In this document: in pieces, positions 63,568 through 64,000 of the stretch
Position numbering within the stretch: the first letter of the stretch is position 1
Layout: each line of letters begins with the position of its first letter
NCBI GenBank assembly: GCA_050949315.1
Contig: JBMNFL010000001.1
Location: 576,001-640,000, forward strand
Length of the DNA stretch: 64,000 bases
Origin: Bacilli bacterium
GTDB lineage: Bacteria > Bacillota_I > Bacilli_A > RFN20 > UBA1709
Direction of reading: 5' to 3'
The notes under the pieces: generated by a model
Database searches by the model: none
Seen by the model: the letters and a program-made list of their open reading frames with translations, nothing else
Told to the model about the DNA's origin: nothing
Made by a program: the position numbers and the translations under genes

Positions 63568-64000
63568 ATGAATGCAAACAAATTAAAACAGCTCATTTGT
63601 AGATACTATGATTTTTGTATCATCGGTGAAAAACATCTCAAAACATATCAATTGGACAATAGTAAAATCTCACAGACTTATTACTGTCTTTTTAGAGGTT
63701 TTCTACTAGCACTTATCAATTACTTACTCCTTGTTTACGATGACTTGGTGTCTAGTAATAGACCCCTCTATCCTAAAACCAACACCAATAAGCTTTTTGT
63801 GCGTCTAGCCGTTGAAAGTGTTTTGTTACTTGATATCTTTACAAATAACCCAGAATACATTGAGCGTTACTATGCCTCTTATCTTTCTGATCTTAAGCGT
63901 TTGCAACTCTTATTTGCCGGTAAAAAAAGTGAAGAAAAGTTTATTCGCCGTTTTGCTTGGTTACCTCGTCACAAAGGAAGAAGAGCTTCGGCCCTAGTTG
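63568..64000 (+). CDS. Hypothetical protein (partial, runs off window end)
   Basis: GGAGG RBS and open frame MNANKLKQLICRYYDF...FVRLAVESVLLLDIFTNNPEYIERYY...; absent from the ORF track because it has no stop in the window. Confidence 0.7.
   Translation, partial: MNANKLKQLICRYYDFCIIGEKHLKTYQLDNSKISQTYYCLFRGFLLALINYLLLVYDDLVSSNRPLYPKTNTNKLFVRLAVESVLLLDIFTNNPEYIERYYASYLSDLKRLQLLFAGKKSEEKFIRRFAWLPRHKGRRASALV

Overview
AT-rich chromosomal window from a genome-reduced Bacilli-type bacterium (Erysipelotrichales/RFN20/Mollicutes-like, judged by eye from 16S and gene content). It uses the standard code 11, and most genes lie on the minus strand. The core backbone comprises fakA-yloU-rpmB, rpsB-tsf-pyrH-frr-cdsA-dxr-rseP-polC (no uppS or proS), trxA, pgm, one 16S-23S-5S operon, dtd, rarA, pdp, rsmF, thyA-folA-plsC, ftsK, rnj and five tRNAs. 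Accessory islets sit just 3' of tRNA and rRNA genes. (1) After tRNA-Gly(TCC): an HTH-Fic gene, an EcoRI-family adenine MTase split by an IS481-like element with a 25-bp target duplication, a coupled DUF262-HNH nuclease, a dead resolvase and a small HNH-like ORF. (2) After tRNA-Ser/Glu: a Fic gene, a large helicase IV, and an unannotated ~130-nt structured RNA unit with its own promoter and terminator. (3) After tRNA-Gly(GCC): RhuM and a HAD hydrolase. (4) After 5S: a secreted protein with a C-terminal hydrophobic hairpin, coupled to a membrane-anchored partner, then a second partner paralog led by a 26-codon stub of the secreted protein's C-terminus. Islet 4 is the best candidate for an undescribed effector/immunity cassette system. 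All family assignments are from motif recognition only; no searches were run.
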